A stretch of DNA of 63,702 nt, counting the filler, from Octopus bimaculoides (taxonomy: Eukaryota), in assembly GCF_001194135.2 (NCBI RefSeq). It is 9 parts of 8 records of this genome, joined end to end, with 100 filler letters (N's around TTAATTAATTAA, not from the genome) between each part and the next. Parts side by side here need not be neighbours in the genome. Positions count along the whole stretch, not along the records: positions 61,005 to 63,702 come from NC_068982.1; 8 more parts are not named here. One strand, written 5' to 3'. The translations under genes were made by a program, and so were the position numbers. Below the pieces are notes generated by a model. That model saw nothing but the letters and a program-made list of their open reading frames with translations. It was not told the DNA's origin and did not search any database. Shown here one piece after another: positions 62,504 to 63,702 of the stretch. Each line of letters opens with the position of its first letter. The first letter of the stretch is position 1.

Positions 62504-62929
62504 GTTGTATGTGTGCGTGTTTATGTGTGTGTGTATGAGTGTATATGTATGCATATATATATGTGTATATATATGTGTACATATTACATGTACATCTATA
62601 TGTATACATCTACACATATACATGTATACATATACATCTATATCTATATATATACATCTACACATATATAGCTATACATATACATCTACATATATATATA
62701 TTATATATATATATATTATATATATATTATATATANNNNNNNNNNNNNNNNNNNNNNNNNNNNNNNNNNNNNNNNNNNNNNNNNNNNNNNNNNNNNNNNN
62801 NNNNNNNNNNNNNNNNNNNNNNNNNNNNNNNNNNNNNNNNNNNNNNNNNNNNNGTATATATTATGTATATATGTAAGTATGTATATATGTATGCATGCCT
62901 GTATATATGTGAGATAATAGTTTTACTTT

Positions 62930-63187
62930 AATAGTTTCCGTATTAAAGTGAAACTATTAAAGTGAAACTATTAAAGTGAAAATATCTGACATTACAATAG
63001 AGATGTTATTGTTTCACTTTTGACACGTAATACTGCAATAGTGGAGGAGATGTGATATTGCACTAGGCAAGAAGTTAAGAATTTTTTGGGCCTAAAACAC
63101 TACATGGACCCTAAGTAAGGCATGTGTAAACTTTGAATGAAATTGATTGTGTAGTTGTCATGTTTTAGGGATTCACACAGACAGACA

Positions 63188-63226
<39 letters not shown>

Positions 63227-63250
63227 TCTCTTCTTTATATATATATATAT
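62930..63250 (+). mobile_element. Possible second Helitron-like 3' end with 14-bp triplet repeat
   Basis: TATTAAAGTGAAAC about x3 at 62941-62981; TGTAAACTTTGAATGAAATTGA..CACAGACAGACAGAC(AC)n-TTCTCTTCTTTATATAT. Confidence 0.35.
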
Positions 63251-63564
63251 ATATAAATATATATGTATATACATATACATAAATATATATATACATATAT
63301 ATATGTACATATATATATACACATAAATATATACATATATATACATACATATATACATATACATATACATATAAATCTATATATATATTCATGTATATAT
63401 ATACATATGCATATACTTGAATACATATATGCATATACATCTATATATACACACACATATACATACATATATATGTGCATATATATATATATACCCATAT
63501 GATTGACCGTTGACTGGACACTATTCAATTTTTTTTCTCCGTGTTTTTCTCCTTGTCTCCGTAT

Positions 63565-63601
63565 TCTTTCTGTTGAAGAGCGTAGCTCGAAACGTCAAAG
63601 A
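63565..63601 (+). ncRNA. Minimal variant type I hammerhead ribozyme
   Basis: TCTTT-CTGTTGA-A-GAGC-GTA-GCTC-GAAA-C-GTC-AAAGA: 5-bp stem I, 4-bp stem II, ACGT palindromic stem III, GUC triplet; core deviates (CUGUUGAA). Confidence 0.65.
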
Positions 63602-63702
63602 CTTTCCGTATTCCCGAGCGTCATACTAATACATCCTTTTGTTATTTACACCACCTGTCCTCGTCTGTTGTTGTTTTTTCGTATATTCTCCCATATATAT
63701 AT

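Overview
AT-rich, gap-ridden eukaryotic draft-assembly sequence made almost entirely of microsatellites and decayed transposable elements. The repeat landscape resembles an octopod/coleoid cephalopod genome; this is inference from recalled repeat families and was not verified. No intact host protein-coding gene, rRNA, tRNA or CRISPR array can be supported, and most ORF-track entries are microsatellite or N-gap artefacts. Recognisable elements: Tc1, mariner and pogo transposase remnants; four same-strand R4/Dong-like (RLE) LINEs stacked at 8-20 kb next to (TAA)n tracts; Tx1/L1-like and RTE LINE fragments; several SINE families; hAT-, Kolobok-, foldback- and Helitron-like non-autonomous elements; and two Penelope-like (PLE) GIY-YIG remnants. 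The most interesting signal is RNA-structural: a set of type I hammerhead ribozyme motifs with palindromic stem III. One at 7263-7393 (minus) has a perfect core and a four-way junction grafted into stem II. One variant lies at 63565-63601, and degenerate copies lie downstream of both PLE endonuclease remnants. The window also holds several long genomic hairpins. All folds were read by eye; no folding program, alignment or database search was run, and element boundaries are approximate unless a TSD or exact arm is given.
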